From NCBI RefSeq assembly GCF_902826855.1, contig NZ_CADEGK010000005.1, positions 1 through 60,664 on the forward strand: a stretch of 60,664 nt of DNA. Direction: 5' to 3'. The notes beneath the pieces are model-generated. The model was not told the DNA's origin and made no database searches. It saw nothing but the letters and a program-made list of their open reading frames with translations. A program made the position numbers and the translations under genes. Within the stretch, counting starts at the first letter, position 1. Each line of letters begins with the position of its first letter. Positions 10,304-20,024 of the stretch are shown here, one piece after another. The DNA comes from an uncultured Phenylobacterium sp. GTDB taxonomy: Bacteria; Pseudomonadota; Alphaproteobacteria; Caulobacterales; Caulobacteraceae.

Positions 10304-12661
10304 GTGACCCAACGCAAGATCGTCCTTTCCGCCGGCGTAAGCGCCCTGGCCGTGCTCATGGCCCTCCCGGCAGGCTCCGCCATGGCGGCCGACGCCGAGG
10401 TCGAGGAACTGGTCGTCACCGCGCGCAAGCGCGACGAAGCGCTGATCGACGTGCCCTTCTCCGTGGCCGCCCAGAGCGAGCAGGTGATGCGCAACCACGG
10501 GGTCACCAACGTCGAAGAGCTCTCGCGCACCGTCGCCAGCTTCAGCGTGCAGAACCTCGGTCCCGGCCAAAGCCAGGTGGCCATCCGGGGCATCTCCGCC
10601 GGCCAGATCGTCCGCGACCAGCCGGGCGTCAAGGAACAGGTCGGCGTCTACCTCGACGAGAGCGTGATCTCGCTCAGCCTGTTCACGCCAGACCTGGACC
10701 TCTTCGACCTGAACCGGGTGGAAGTGCTGCGCGGGCCGCAGGGCACGCTGTACGGCTCCGGCTCGCTGTCGGGCACCGTGCGCTACATCACCAACCAGCC
10801 CACCACCGACGCCTTCAAGGGCGTGGTCGAGGCCACCGTCTCGACGGTGGAGGGCGGCGGTACGGGCGGCAACATCAAGGGCGCGGTGAACATCCCGGTC
10901 AACGACGGGATCGCCCTGCGGGTCTCGGCCTACACCGAGAAGTTCCCGGGCTTCATCGATGCGGTCCAGCCCGGCGGCGTCGACAAGGACGTCAACGATG
11001 GCACCCGCACCGGCGTGCGCGCTGCCCTGCTCCTCAAGGCGTCCGAGAACTTCTCGATCACGCCGCGTCTCGTCTACCAGAAGATCAACGTCGACGGCTT
11101 CAACCGCGTCGACATCTACAATGTCCTCGCCAACGAATTCACCACGACCCGGCCTGCGGTGCGGCTGGGCGGGTTGAAGCAGTTCACCCAGCTCCAGGAG
11201 AAGTTCGAGGACAGGTTCATCCTCGGTGACCTCACCCTGCAGTACGATTCCGGCGACCACCGCTTCACGTCCATCTCCACCTTCAGCGACCGCGATGTGC
11301 TGGTCGTGCGCGACGCCACCGCGCTGACCGGATCCGTCACCGGCGGTTCCATCGGCCTGGGCGAGCCGATCTACACGCTCGACGCGCCGCTGATCGACAC
11401 CACCGACGTGAAGTCCTTCACCCAGGAGGCCCGCATCTCCACGACCGGCGACCAGCGCCTCCAGTGGGTGGTCGGCGCCTTCTACTCGCGGATCGAGCGC
11501 GACTATTCGCAGGACCTGCCGGTGATCGGCTTCACCGCGCTGAGCGGCATCCCGACGGTCGGCGCGGCCGCACCGACGGACCACCTCTACTTCTCGACCG
11601 TGCCGTACGAGCAGACGCAGATCGCGGTGTTCGGCGAAGGCACGTTCTCGGTCACCGACCGCCTGGATGTCACGGCGGGCCTGCGCTACGCCGACTACGA
11701 GGAAAGCCGGTTCCTGACCTTCGACGGGATCTTCGCGGCGCCCACCATCAACGTGCCGGGCAAGACCGACGCCAGCAATCTCGCCCCGCGCGTGATCGTG
11801 GCCTACGAGGCGACCGACGACATCACGCTGAACGCCCAGGTATCCAAGGGCTTCCGGCTGGGCGGGATCAACGACCCGCTGAATGCGCCGCTCTGCACCC
11901 CGGCCGACCTGGCTTCCTTCACCGCGCTCTCCACCCCGGGCTTCAAGAACGAAACGGTGTGGAACTACGAAGCCGGCGCCAAGGCGCGGCTGGGCAGCGC
12001 CGGGTCGATCACGGTCGCGGGCTTCTACGCCGACATCAACAACCTGCAGGCCACCATCGACGCCGGCAGCTGCTCGTCGCGGATCATCGCCAACGTAAAG
12101 AGCGCCCGCTCGGTCGGCTTCGACGTCGAGCTCGCCTACCGCCTGACCGAGAACTTCGACGTGGCGGCGACCGCCTCCTACAACGACGCCCAGCTCACCT
12201 CGAGCCTGCGCGACTCCGCCGGGGTCCCGATCCAGGGCCTGGCGGACGGCAACCGCCTGCCCACCGTGCCGAAGTTCCAGGCCTCGGTGAGCCTGGGCTA
12301 CGAGCGCGAGCTCAGCACGGGCATGGAGGTGTTCTCGAACCTCACCTTCCAGCACGTCGGCAAGCGCTTCACGCAGATCTCCGACCAGGAGAGCAACCCG
12401 CGCACCGTGCCGCTTTTCCCCAATATGGGCGGCGGCACGGCCAACTCGCTGATCTTCCCGCTGGAGCTGCCGTCCTACGACATCGTCAACCTGCGGGTCG
12501 GCATCCGCGCCGACGGCTTCGAGGCCGCCCTGTTCGTGAACAACCTCGGCGACGAGCGCGCCAAGCTCTCGATCGACCGCGAGCGCGGCCTGCGCGCCCG
12601 CTACGGCTTCATCACCAACCCGCCGCGCACCTACGGCGCGACGGTGCGCAAGGAGTTCTAG
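10304..12661 (+). CDS. TonB-dependent receptor
   Basis: GTG start after GGGGAG; signal peptide, EELVVTARKR TonB-box region, plug motif VEVLRGPQGTLYG, C-terminal Phe. Confidence 0.96.
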   Translation: MTQRKIVLSAGVSALAVLMALPAGSAMAADAEVEELVVTARKRDEALIDVPFSVAAQSEQVMRNHGVTNVEELSRTVASFSVQNLGPGQSQVAIRGISAGQIVRDQPGVKEQVGVYLDESVISLSLFTPDLDLFDLNRVEVLRGPQGTLYGSGSLSGTVRYITNQPTTDAFKGVVEATVSTVEGGGTGGNIKGAVNIPVNDGIALRVSAYTEKFPGFIDAVQPGGVDKDVNDGTRTGVRAALLLKASENFSITPRLVYQKINVDGFNRVDIYNVLANEFTTTRPAVRLGGLKQFTQLQEKFEDRFILGDLTLQYDSGDHRFTSISTFSDRDVLVVRDATALTGSVTGGSIGLGEPIYTLDAPLIDTTDVKSFTQEARISTTGDQRLQWVVGAFYSRIERDYSQDLPVIGFTALSGIPTVGAAAPTDHLYFSTVPYEQTQIAVFGEGTFSVTDRLDVTAGLRYADYEESRFLTFDGIFAAPTINVPGKTDASNLAPRVIVAYEATDDITLNAQVSKGFRLGGINDPLNAPLCTPADLASFTALSTPGFKNETVWNYEAGAKARLGSAGSITVAGFYADINNLQATIDAGSCSSRIIANVKSARSVGFDVELAYRLTENFDVAATASYNDAQLTSSLRDSAGVPIQGLADGNRLPTVPKFQASVSLGYERELSTGMEVFSNLTFQHVGKRFTQISDQESNPRTVPLFPNMGGGTANSLIFPLELPSYDIVNLRVGIRADGFEAALFVNNLGDERAKLSIDRERGLRARYGFITNPPRTYGATVRKEF

Positions 12662-12673
12662 GCCAACCAGGCG

Positions 12674-12713
12674 TGTCATCCCCGACGGCCCGACGGTTCG
12701 ATCGGGGATGACA
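12674..12713. repeat. Perfect 12-bp inverted repeat (REP-like stem-loop) after the TBDR gene
   Basis: TGTCATCCCCGA-N16-TCGGGGATGACA. Confidence 0.7.
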
Positions 12714-12752
12714 ACGTTTGTAGTTTCCTGAATCCGCAGTACGTCCAGCGCG

Positions 12753-13454
12753 ATGGCCAAGCTCTCGCACTGGGGATGGCTGGCCGGCCTGGGCGCACTC
12801 GCCTGGGCCGCCGGCGCCTCGGCCCACAACATCGGCGGTACGGACGCGGCCTTCGTGGCGGCGACGCGCGGGCCCGACCCGGTCCCGTTCATCTACCTCG
12901 GCGCCAAGCACATGGTGACCGGCTACGACCACCTGGCCTTCCTGGTGGGCGTCATCTTCTTCCTGTTCCGGCTGCGCCAGATCGCGCTCTACGTGAGCCT
13001 TTTCTCGCTGGGCCACTCGATCACCCTCCTGGCGGGGGTGTTCTTCAAGCTGCATGTCGACCCGCACCTGGTGGATGCGGTGATCGGGCTTAGCGTGGCC
13101 TATAAGGCCTTCGACAACCTCTCGGGCTTCAAGACCCTGGCCGGCGTCCAGCCCGACCCGCGCGCGGCGGTGTTCGGCTTCGGCCTGATCCACGGCTTCG
13201 GCCTGGCCACCAAGCTGCAGGCGCTGAACCTCAATCCCGAGGGCCTCCTGGTGAACCTGGTCTCGTTCAACGTCGGGGTGGAGGTGGGCCAGGTGCTGGC
13301 GCTGACCTTGATCCTGGCGGCCATGACGCTCTGGCGGCGCACCGCCGCGTTCGAACCGATGGCGAAGGGCGCCAATGTGCTGCTGATGCTGGCCGGCTTC
13401 GTGCTCGCCGGGCACCAGATCGCGGGCTACGTCTACGGCGGAGCGGTTTCATGA
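12753..13454 (+). CDS. HupE/UreJ family membrane protein
   Basis: Signal peptide ending ASAH, GAKHMVTGYDHLAFL, GHSITL, FGLIHGFG, SFNVGVEVGQ. Confidence 0.9.
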   Translation: MAKLSHWGWLAGLGALAWAAGASAHNIGGTDAAFVAATRGPDPVPFIYLGAKHMVTGYDHLAFLVGVIFFLFRLRQIALYVSLFSLGHSITLLAGVFFKLHVDPHLVDAVIGLSVAYKAFDNLSGFKTLAGVQPDPRAAVFGFGLIHGFGLATKLQALNLNPEGLLVNLVSFNVGVEVGQVLALTLILAAMTLWRRTAAFEPMAKGANVLLMLAGFVLAGHQIAGYVYGGAVS

Positions 13455-14122
13455 GCCTGAACGATCAACCCACCCGTCCGATGAGGAAGGGCCCGCTGAT
13501 CGCCGCCACCCTCGGCGCGCTGCTCATCGCCGTGCTGATCGTGCTGGGCGCCATCCTTCCCGCGGAGTTCAACAGGGACCCGCTGGGCCTGGGCCGGCAC
13601 AGCGGCCTGTCGCGGCTGTGGGCGCCGGACGACAAGACCGTCGACGCCAACGCCGGTGGGGTGGCCCGCGCTCGCGAGTACGACATCGCCTTCCGCAGCG
13701 ACGTCGTGGAAATCCCGCTGGGCGGCTTCCTGGACGGCGCGGACAAGTCGCAGCTGGAATACAAGGTGCGGATGGCCAAGGACGCGACCCTGACCTACGC
13801 GTGGGAGGTCACGGGTCTCAGCGATGCCCGCGACTTCCAGTTCGACCAGCACGGCCACACCCTCGCGAAGGCCGGCGAGGGCATGACGGTGGCCACGTAC
13901 CGGAAGGGCAATGCGCTGAAGCAACAGGGCGCGCTCACGTCGCCCTTCGCCGGCATCCAGGGCTGGCAGTTCACCAACCTTGGCGACGGGCGCGCCATGG
14001 TTCGCTTGCGGCTGGCCGGCTTCTACGAGCTGATCCCGGCCGGGCAGCCCGGCAACGAGGCGGGCGTCGTGGCCAACGTGCCGGCCGCGCAGGCCCGGCC
14101 CGGCCTCAGCCTGGCGCCCTGA
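13451..14122 (+). CDS. Membrane-anchored hypothetical protein that accompanies HupE/UreJ genes
   Basis: ATGA overlap with the upstream gene; N-terminal TM, LPAEF.RDPLGLG, LEYKVRM, FDQHGH, G.L.SPFAGIQGWQF. Confidence 0.8.
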   Translation: MSLNDQPTRPMRKGPLIAATLGALLIAVLIVLGAILPAEFNRDPLGLGRHSGLSRLWAPDDKTVDANAGGVARAREYDIAFRSDVVEIPLGGFLDGADKSQLEYKVRMAKDATLTYAWEVTGLSDARDFQFDQHGHTLAKAGEGMTVATYRKGNALKQQGALTSPFAGIQGWQFTNLGDGRAMVRLRLAGFYELIPAGQPGNEAGVVANVPAAQARPGLSLAP

Positions 14123-14125
14123 GCC

Positions 14126-14653
14126 CTACTTCTTCGGCAAGGCCGGCAAAGGGTTGGCCTGAGCCGGTCCGTTGGCCTTGAGCTCAGGTTCGATGATGAA
14201 CTGCTCGTGGCAGGCGACGCAGGCCTCGTAGATGCGCCCGCCCTCGTCGAACACGGCCTGCTTGTCATGCTTCTCGGCGGCCGCGCGGGCGGTCATCGCG
14301 CGGTCGCTCAGCATCTGGGCGTGCCTGTTCCAGTCGGCCGCCGGCTCGCGGACGCGGTGGGGCAGCTGCAGCATGTTGCCCGCCTCCACCAGCGTCGAGG
14401 CGCCGGTGACCAGGACATCCCAGCCCTCGTCCGTCGTCGGATAGCGGTCCTTCTCGCCCTCCGCGGTGATCACCGAGCCGGAGTTGTTCCAGTACAGGAA
14501 GGCGGCGGGGTCGACGACGTGTCCCATGAACTCGGTCATCGGCAGGTCGGTGTTGAACTTCACGGCCGCGGCCCCCGTCGTAGCGGCGGGCTTACCGGGC
14601 GAGCAGGCGGCGAGGAGGGCCGCCGCGGCGGCCAGCAGCATCATGCGTCTCAA
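14126..14653 (-). CDS. Putative lipoprotein with C-terminal CxxCH heme motif (cytochrome c'-like)
   Basis: Lipobox LLAAC after RRMMLL; helical body; CVACHEQF near the C-terminus; start TTG 14653 or ATG 14644. Confidence 0.75.
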   Translation of the reverse strand: MRRMMLLAAAAALLAACSPGKPAATTGAAAVKFNTDLPMTEFMGHVVDPAAFLYWNNSGSVITAEGEKDRYPTTDEGWDVLVTGASTLVEAGNMLQLPHRVREPAADWNRHAQMLSDRAMTARAAAEKHDKQAVFDEGGRIYEACVACHEQFIIEPELKANGPAQANPLPALPKK

Positions 14654-14871
14654 GCGAGCGAACTCCGTCGTGGTGAGGCAGCCTAGCCGGACCGCGCCGG
14701 GCGCGCACCGTACTGAACCGTAGCGGATCGCGTTACAGATTGCGCCCCGCCGGCGAAATTCCCGCTGCAGGCGAACATGGTTCACGGCTCCGGGGCGCCG
14801 CGCTAAGGCTGCGCTTGATGTCAACTTCGCCCGCTGACACGGGGCCGGCGACTCCGTGGGAGTAGCTACGA

Positions 14872-15669
14872 ATGCGACGTTACCTGCTAGGCGCCCTGGC
14901 CGCTCTGGCCGTGGGCGGAAGCGCCTCCGCCGCCGATTATTTCGTTCTCGATGTCGCCGGCACAGCCATGCCGTGGCTCTGGGAAGACGGCGGCCTCAAC
15001 ACCGACTACCAGTTCGGGACCCAGGACGGCAGCGGCCCTGCGGTCTTCGACTTTTCCAATCTCGGCATCGGCGCGGGGGATAGCTACGGCATCCTGTTCG
15101 TCGGGGGGCTCACCAGCGCATTCGCGACGGACCCTGTGGTCAACAACAACGGCTACAACGGGGACACGAGCCCGGTCTTCCTGGCCAACGGCGATCCCGG
15201 TGCGAGCGGGATGCTCTTTCCCAGCGCCTACCTGTATTTCGGTGAGCGCTTCGAAGATGACCCGATGGACGACCCGGACCTTGGCCCGATCCTGGTGGGC
15301 TACGAGGACGAGTACCTGAACGCCCTGGTCGGCGCGTTTACCGACAGCACGGGGAGCGTCGTCTCGCCGTTCTCCCTGGGCACCACCTATTCCGGCCTCG
15401 ACCGCGTCCCGAACGGCACCCTGTTCGGTTTTTCCGCCAGTCTGGGCGCGGGTATCACCCACGTTCAGTTCGGCCTGAACGATGACATCTTCGCGGACAA
15501 CACGGGCTCGTTGCAGGTCTGCGTCGACCGTGGCGACGACAGCTGCTTCAGGCAGTTCTACGGCGGCGGCGCTGGGCCTGTTCCGGAACCGGCCGCCTGG
15601 GCGATGATGATCGCCGGCTTCGGCCTGTCCGGCGCGATGCTGCGCCGGCGGCGCACCCTTTTCGCCTGA
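14872..15669 (+). CDS. PEPxxWA-CTERM sorting-domain surface protein
   Basis: Signal peptide; C-terminal PVPEPAAWAMMIAGFGLSGAMLRRRR. Confidence 0.92.
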   Translation: MRRYLLGALAALAVGGSASAADYFVLDVAGTAMPWLWEDGGLNTDYQFGTQDGSGPAVFDFSNLGIGAGDSYGILFVGGLTSAFATDPVVNNNGYNGDTSPVFLANGDPGASGMLFPSAYLYFGERFEDDPMDDPDLGPILVGYEDEYLNALVGAFTDSTGSVVSPFSLGTTYSGLDRVPNGTLFGFSASLGAGITHVQFGLNDDIFADNTGSLQVCVDRGDDSCFRQFYGGGAGPVPEPAAWAMMIAGFGLSGAMLRRRRTLFA

Positions 15670-15688
15670 ACGACCCGACGACCCGACG

Positions 15689-15725
15689 AGGGCCGGCGTC
15701 CAATGGGCGCCGGCCCTTTTCGTTT
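15689..15725 (+). terminator. Rho-independent terminator
   Basis: AGGGCCGGCGTCC...GGGCGCCGGCCCT followed by TTTCGTTT. Confidence 0.8.
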
Positions 15726-15879
15726 GTGAGGTGTTCCTGCCCTCATTCGCGGCCGCGGCGCAAAAGCATCGCGGCTTGCGCCGGTCCTTCGGCTGATGTC
15801 TACCTCCTCGGGCTGAACCCAAAGCAATCCGGTTCCGTTTGCGAAGGGGCGTTCCGTCGCCAGCCGCGAGAGACCAGAC

Positions 15880-17262
15880 TTGACCAGCCAGCCCCTGCCG
15901 CCCCCCGCGGCCTCCGCCCTCGACCTGATCGGCCGCACGCCGATGCTTGAACTCACCGGCTTCGACATCGGTCCCTGCCGCCTGTTCGTAAAGCTGGAGA
16001 GCGCCAATCCCGGCGGGTCGATCAAGGACCGCATCGCCCGCTCGATGATCGAGGCGGCCGAGAAGGATGGCTCCCTGAAACCCGGAGGAACCATCGTCGA
16101 GGCCACTGCCGGCAACACCGGCCTGGGCCTGGCGCAGGTGGGCCTGCTGAAGGGCTACAAGCTCCTGCTGGTGGTGCCGGACAAGATGGCGCGCGAGAAG
16201 ATCCAGCACCTGCGGGCCATGGGGGTCGACGTTCGCATCACGCGCTCCGACGTCGGCAAGGGTCACGCCGAGTACTACCAGGACATGGCCCAGGCGATCG
16301 CGGCCAAGCTGCCCAACGCCGTCTACATCAACCAGTTCTCCAACCCGGCGAACCCGCTCGCCCACGAGACCACCACAGGCCCCGAGATCCTGGAGCAGAT
16401 GGAGGGCGACGTGGACGCCGTGGTGGTCGGTGTGGGCTCCGGCGGCACGCTGACCGGGCTGGGTCGATTCTTCGCCAAGGCTTCGCCCAAGACCAGGATG
16501 GTGCTGGCCGACCCTGTGGGCTCGATCCTGGCGCCCCTGGTGGAACGCGGCGAGGAGGTCGAGCCCGGTTCGTGGGTGGTGGAGGGCATCGGCGAGGACT
16601 TCATCCCCGACAACTGCGACCTGACCCTTGTGTCCAAGGCCTACGAGATCACCGATGCGGAGAGCATCGCCACCGCACGGCTCCTGCTCACCAAGGCTGG
16701 CATCCTGGGCGGGTCATCGTCGGGCACCCTGCTGGCCGCCGCGCTGCGCTACTGCCGCGAGCAGACCGAGCCCAAGCGGGTGGTGACCCTCGTCTGCGAC
16801 ACCGGCTCTCGCTACCTGAGCAAGGTCTACAACGACAGCTGGGTCGCCGAGCAGGGCCTGGCCGATCGGGAGCTGCACGGCGACCTGCGCGACCTCATCG
16901 CCCGCACGCCCGGCGACGCCGTGACCGTGGGGCCGGAGGACACCCTGCTCACCGCCTACAATCGGATGCGCGCCGCCGACGTCAGCCAGCTGCCGGTGCT
17001 GGACGACGGGCGGCTGATCGGCCTGGTGGACGAGAGCGACCTCCTGGAGGCCGTCGAGGACCGCCGCCAGGACGCCCGGTTCCGCCAGCCGGTCTCCACG
17101 GCCATGACCGCCAAGCTGCACACGCTGCAGTCCGGCGAGCCGCTGGACACGCTGCTCCCCATATTCGAGCGCGACGAGGTGGCGATCGTGATGGAGGGCC
17201 GCGAGTTCCTCGGCCTGATCACTCGCATGGACCTGATCAACTACCTGAGGCGCGCAGCGTGA
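15880..17262 (+). CDS. cbs: Cystathionine beta-synthase (PLP enzyme plus two CBS domains)
   Basis: KLESANPGGSIKDR, EATAGNTG, GVGSGGT, C-terminal CBS pair. Confidence 0.92.
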   Translation: MTSQPLPPPAASALDLIGRTPMLELTGFDIGPCRLFVKLESANPGGSIKDRIARSMIEAAEKDGSLKPGGTIVEATAGNTGLGLAQVGLLKGYKLLLVVPDKMAREKIQHLRAMGVDVRITRSDVGKGHAEYYQDMAQAIAAKLPNAVYINQFSNPANPLAHETTTGPEILEQMEGDVDAVVVGVGSGGTLTGLGRFFAKASPKTRMVLADPVGSILAPLVERGEEVEPGSWVVEGIGEDFIPDNCDLTLVSKAYEITDAESIATARLLLTKAGILGGSSSGTLLAAALRYCREQTEPKRVVTLVCDTGSRYLSKVYNDSWVAEQGLADRELHGDLRDLIARTPGDAVTVGPEDTLLTAYNRMRAADVSQLPVLDDGRLIGLVDESDLLEAVEDRRQDARFRQPVSTAMTAKLHTLQSGEPLDTLLPIFERDEVAIVMEGREFLGLITRMDLINYLRRAA

Positions 17263-18443
17263 GCGACGAGACCGAACCCAAGGCCGGGGGCAAGAACCGG
17301 CTGGACTTCGCCACCCGGGCCATCCACGGCGGCCAGCAGCACGACCCTTCCACCGGGGCGGTGATGGTGCCGATCTACGCCACCTCGACCTACGCCCAGG
17401 CGAGCCCCGGGGTGCACCAGGGGTTCGAATACAGTCGCAGTCAGAACCCGACCCGCTTTGCGCTGGAACGGGGCTTGGCGGACCTGGAGAGCGGAACCAA
17501 GGGCTACGCCTTCGCCTCAGGGCTTGCGGCGATCTCGACCCTGCTGGAGACCTGCGACGCCGGCGACCACGCCATCGCCAGCGAGGACCTCTACGGCGGC
17601 TCGTTCCGGCTGTTCGAAAAGGTGCGCCAGCGCTCGGCGGGTCTGCAGTTCAGCTTCGTGGACCTCGCCGACCTCGCGGCCATCGAGGCCGCGATCACAC
17701 CGAGGACCAGGATCGTCTGGGTGGAGACGCCCACCAACCCGCTGCTGCGGCTCTGCGACCTGGAAGCCATCGCCCAGCTGTGCAAACGCCGCGGCCTGAT
17801 GGCGGCGGCCGACAACACCTTCGCCAGCCCCTACTGCCAGCGCCCGCTGGAGCTGGGCTTCGACGTGGTGATGCATTCGACCACCAAGTACATCGGCGGC
17901 CATTCCGACGTGGTGGGCGGCGCCCTGCTCGTGGGCGACAACGCGTCGCTCCGCGACGAGCTCACCTTCCTGCAGAACGCCATCGGCGCGGTCGCCTCGC
18001 CCTTCGACAGCTACCTGACGCTGCGCGGCATGAAGACGCTGGCGCTGCGCATGCAGCGGCACTGCGAGAACGGCCAGGTCATCGCGGAGTGGCTCGAGGG
18101 CCGCAGCGAGGTCGCCAAGGTCATCTACCCGGGCCTTTCAAGCCATCCCCAGCACGCCCTGGCCAAGCGCCAGATGTCGGGCTTCGGTGGCATGATCACC
18201 GTCGTCCTCGATCGCGACATGGACGGCGTGCGCCGGATGCTGGAGCGCACCCAGCTCTTCACCCTGGCCGAAAGCCTTGGCGGCGTGGAGAGCCTGATCG
18301 AACATCCCGCGATCATGACCCACGCCTCGATCCCGGCGGAAACCCGCGCCCGCATCGGCATCACCGACGGCCTGGTGCGGCTGTCGGTGGGTGTGGAGGA
18401 TTCAGGCGACCTCATCGCCGACCTGGAGCAGGCGCTGGCCTGA
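17259..18443 (+). CDS. Cystathionine gamma-lyase/synthase (Cys/Met metabolism PLP enzyme)
   Basis: GTG overlaps the CBS stop; YSRSQNPTR, ETPTNP, DNTF, HSTTKYIGGHSD, AESLGGVESL. Confidence 0.93.
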   Translation: MSDETEPKAGGKNRLDFATRAIHGGQQHDPSTGAVMVPIYATSTYAQASPGVHQGFEYSRSQNPTRFALERGLADLESGTKGYAFASGLAAISTLLETCDAGDHAIASEDLYGGSFRLFEKVRQRSAGLQFSFVDLADLAAIEAAITPRTRIVWVETPTNPLLRLCDLEAIAQLCKRRGLMAAADNTFASPYCQRPLELGFDVVMHSTTKYIGGHSDVVGGALLVGDNASLRDELTFLQNAIGAVASPFDSYLTLRGMKTLALRMQRHCENGQVIAEWLEGRSEVAKVIYPGLSSHPQHALAKRQMSGFGGMITVVLDRDMDGVRRMLERTQLFTLAESLGGVESLIEHPAIMTHASIPAETRARIGITDGLVRLSVGVEDSGDLIADLEQALA

Positions 18444-18539
18444 AGGTGTCAGCGTCGAAACACAGGTACGATTGACGATAAACCTAGGTTAAGGCTTGCT
18501 GGCCTCCAGGCGCGCCGCAGAGTGCGTGGGAGGAAGGCC

Positions 18540-20024
18540 ATGACCGACACCATCCCGCTTGGGCCAGCCGTGCCGGCCGCTCCCACCGCGCCCGTGGCGG
18601 CGGCTTCCACCGAGCTGCTGCCGCTCAAGACCAAGCTGGCCTTCGGGGTCGGCAGCGCCGCCGAGATGATCGCGATCTACACGGTCGCGACCTTCGCCAT
18701 GCTCTTCTACAATCAGGTGCTGGGCGTGAATCCCGTCTGGGTAGGCTTGGCGCTCTCCGTCAGTCTGGTGTTCGACGCCATCACTGAGCCGCTGGTCGGC
18801 GCCTGGTCGGACCGCACCTTCTCCACGCGCTTCGGCCGCCGACATGGCTGGATGCTGGCGTCCCCGATCCCCATCGCGGTCTCATTCTACTGCATCTTCA
18901 ATCCGCCGGACCTGGGGCCCCTGGGCCTGGCCATCTGGTGCGGGGTCAGCGTCGGGATGCTGCGGCAGGTGATGACCTTCTTCCACACGCCGCATCTGGC
19001 GTTGGGCGGGGAGTTGTCGCCGCACTACACCGAGCGGTCCAAGGTGATGGCCTATAACGCCTTCTTCCAATGGGTCGGCGGCTCGGCGACGGCGTGGATC
19101 GCGCTCACCTTCTTCTTCCCCAGGACCGAGCAGTTCCACAACGGCCTCCTGAACCCCGAGCCATGGCCGCAGTTCGCGCTCGCCGGGGCGATCGCCATCA
19201 TCGTGATCCTGTACGCCTCGACGATCTTCACGATGGACCGCATCCCGCTGCTCCCGAAGACCGCGCCGAACACGCCGAAGTTCAGCCTCCGGGAGTTCTT
19301 CCGGGACATCGTCCGCGCGCTGGGCAATGTCAGCTACGCCTGGCTGCTGGCGGGCTACTTCTTCCTGTCGATGATGGTGGGGCTGCGCGAAGGCCTGCGG
19401 CTCTACATGGCCAGCTTCTACTGGCAGATCAATTCCAGCGACCTGCGCTGGTTCATCATCGGCAGCTTCATCGGCTACATCCTGGCCTTCTTCTTCGCCG
19501 CGCGCATGCACGGCCGGTTCGACAAGAAGGCGACGATGATCGCCGCGTGCCTCGGCTACGCGATCGTCCCCGCGATCGCGCCGACGCTAGGGATGATGGG
19601 CCTGCTGAAGGCGGACTCGCCGCTGCTGCTGCCGATCCTCATCGCGCTCGGCGCCTTCGGCTACCTGGCCATCAGCTTCCTTACCATCAGCGTCACCTCC
19701 GCGCTCGCAGACATCGCCGACGAGAACGAGCTGAAGCACGGCATCCGCCAGGAGGGAATCCTCTATTCGACCCGCGCCTTCGCCGGAAAGCTGGACCAGG
19801 CGGTGGGCGCGGCGCTGGCGGGGTTCGTGGTGTCGTTCATCGCCTTCCCGCGCAAGGCCACGCCCGGCCAGGTGCCGGAGGACGTGCTGTTCAATCTGGC
19901 GCTCTGGGACGGTGTGGTCACCATCGTCCCAGGCGTCCTCGCGGCGATCTGCTACGGCCGCTACCGCATCAACCACACGACGTACCTGGAAACGCGGCGG
20001 CTGTTGGCCGAGCGCCGCGGCTAG
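18540..20024 (+). CDS. MFS transporter, GPH (glycoside-pentoside-hexuronide) family
   Basis: About 12 TM; FDAITEPLVGAWSDRT..RFGRRH, ELSPHYTERS, ADIADENEL..G.RQEG. Confidence 0.9.
   Translation: MTDTIPLGPAVPAAPTAPVAAASTELLPLKTKLAFGVGSAAEMIAIYTVATFAMLFYNQVLGVNPVWVGLALSVSLVFDAITEPLVGAWSDRTFSTRFGRRHGWMLASPIPIAVSFYCIFNPPDLGPLGLAIWCGVSVGMLRQVMTFFHTPHLALGGELSPHYTERSKVMAYNAFFQWVGGSATAWIALTFFFPRTEQFHNGLLNPEPWPQFALAGAIAIIVILYASTIFTMDRIPLLPKTAPNTPKFSLREFFRDIVRALGNVSYAWLLAGYFFLSMMVGLREGLRLYMASFYWQINSSDLRWFIIGSFIGYILAFFFAARMHGRFDKKATMIAACLGYAIVPAIAPTLGMMGLLKADSPLLLPILIALGAFGYLAISFLTISVTSALADIADENELKHGIRQEGILYSTRAFAGKLDQAVGAALAGFVVSFIAFPRKATPGQVPEDVLFNLALWDGVVTIVPGVLAAICYGRYRINHTTYLETRRLLAERRG

Noticed and set aside
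15726-15879. Possible SAM/SAH riboswitch in the CBS leader
   Set aside because: Some GC-rich pairing, but I could not match the conserved cores of SAM-II, SAM-SAH or SAH riboswitches; needs cmscan
16572-17258. Apparent 623-aa N-terminally extended cystathionine gamma-lyase (similar extensions at 4328, 22357, 38609, 42934, 46440)
   Set aside because: The extensions are off-frame readings of upstream genes or intergenic DNA; real starts lie downstream, mostly at GTGA/ATGA/TGATG overlaps
18481-18490. AACCTAGGTT palindrome upstream of the MFS gene
   Set aside because: Only 10 bp and no cognate regulator nearby; too weak to call an operator
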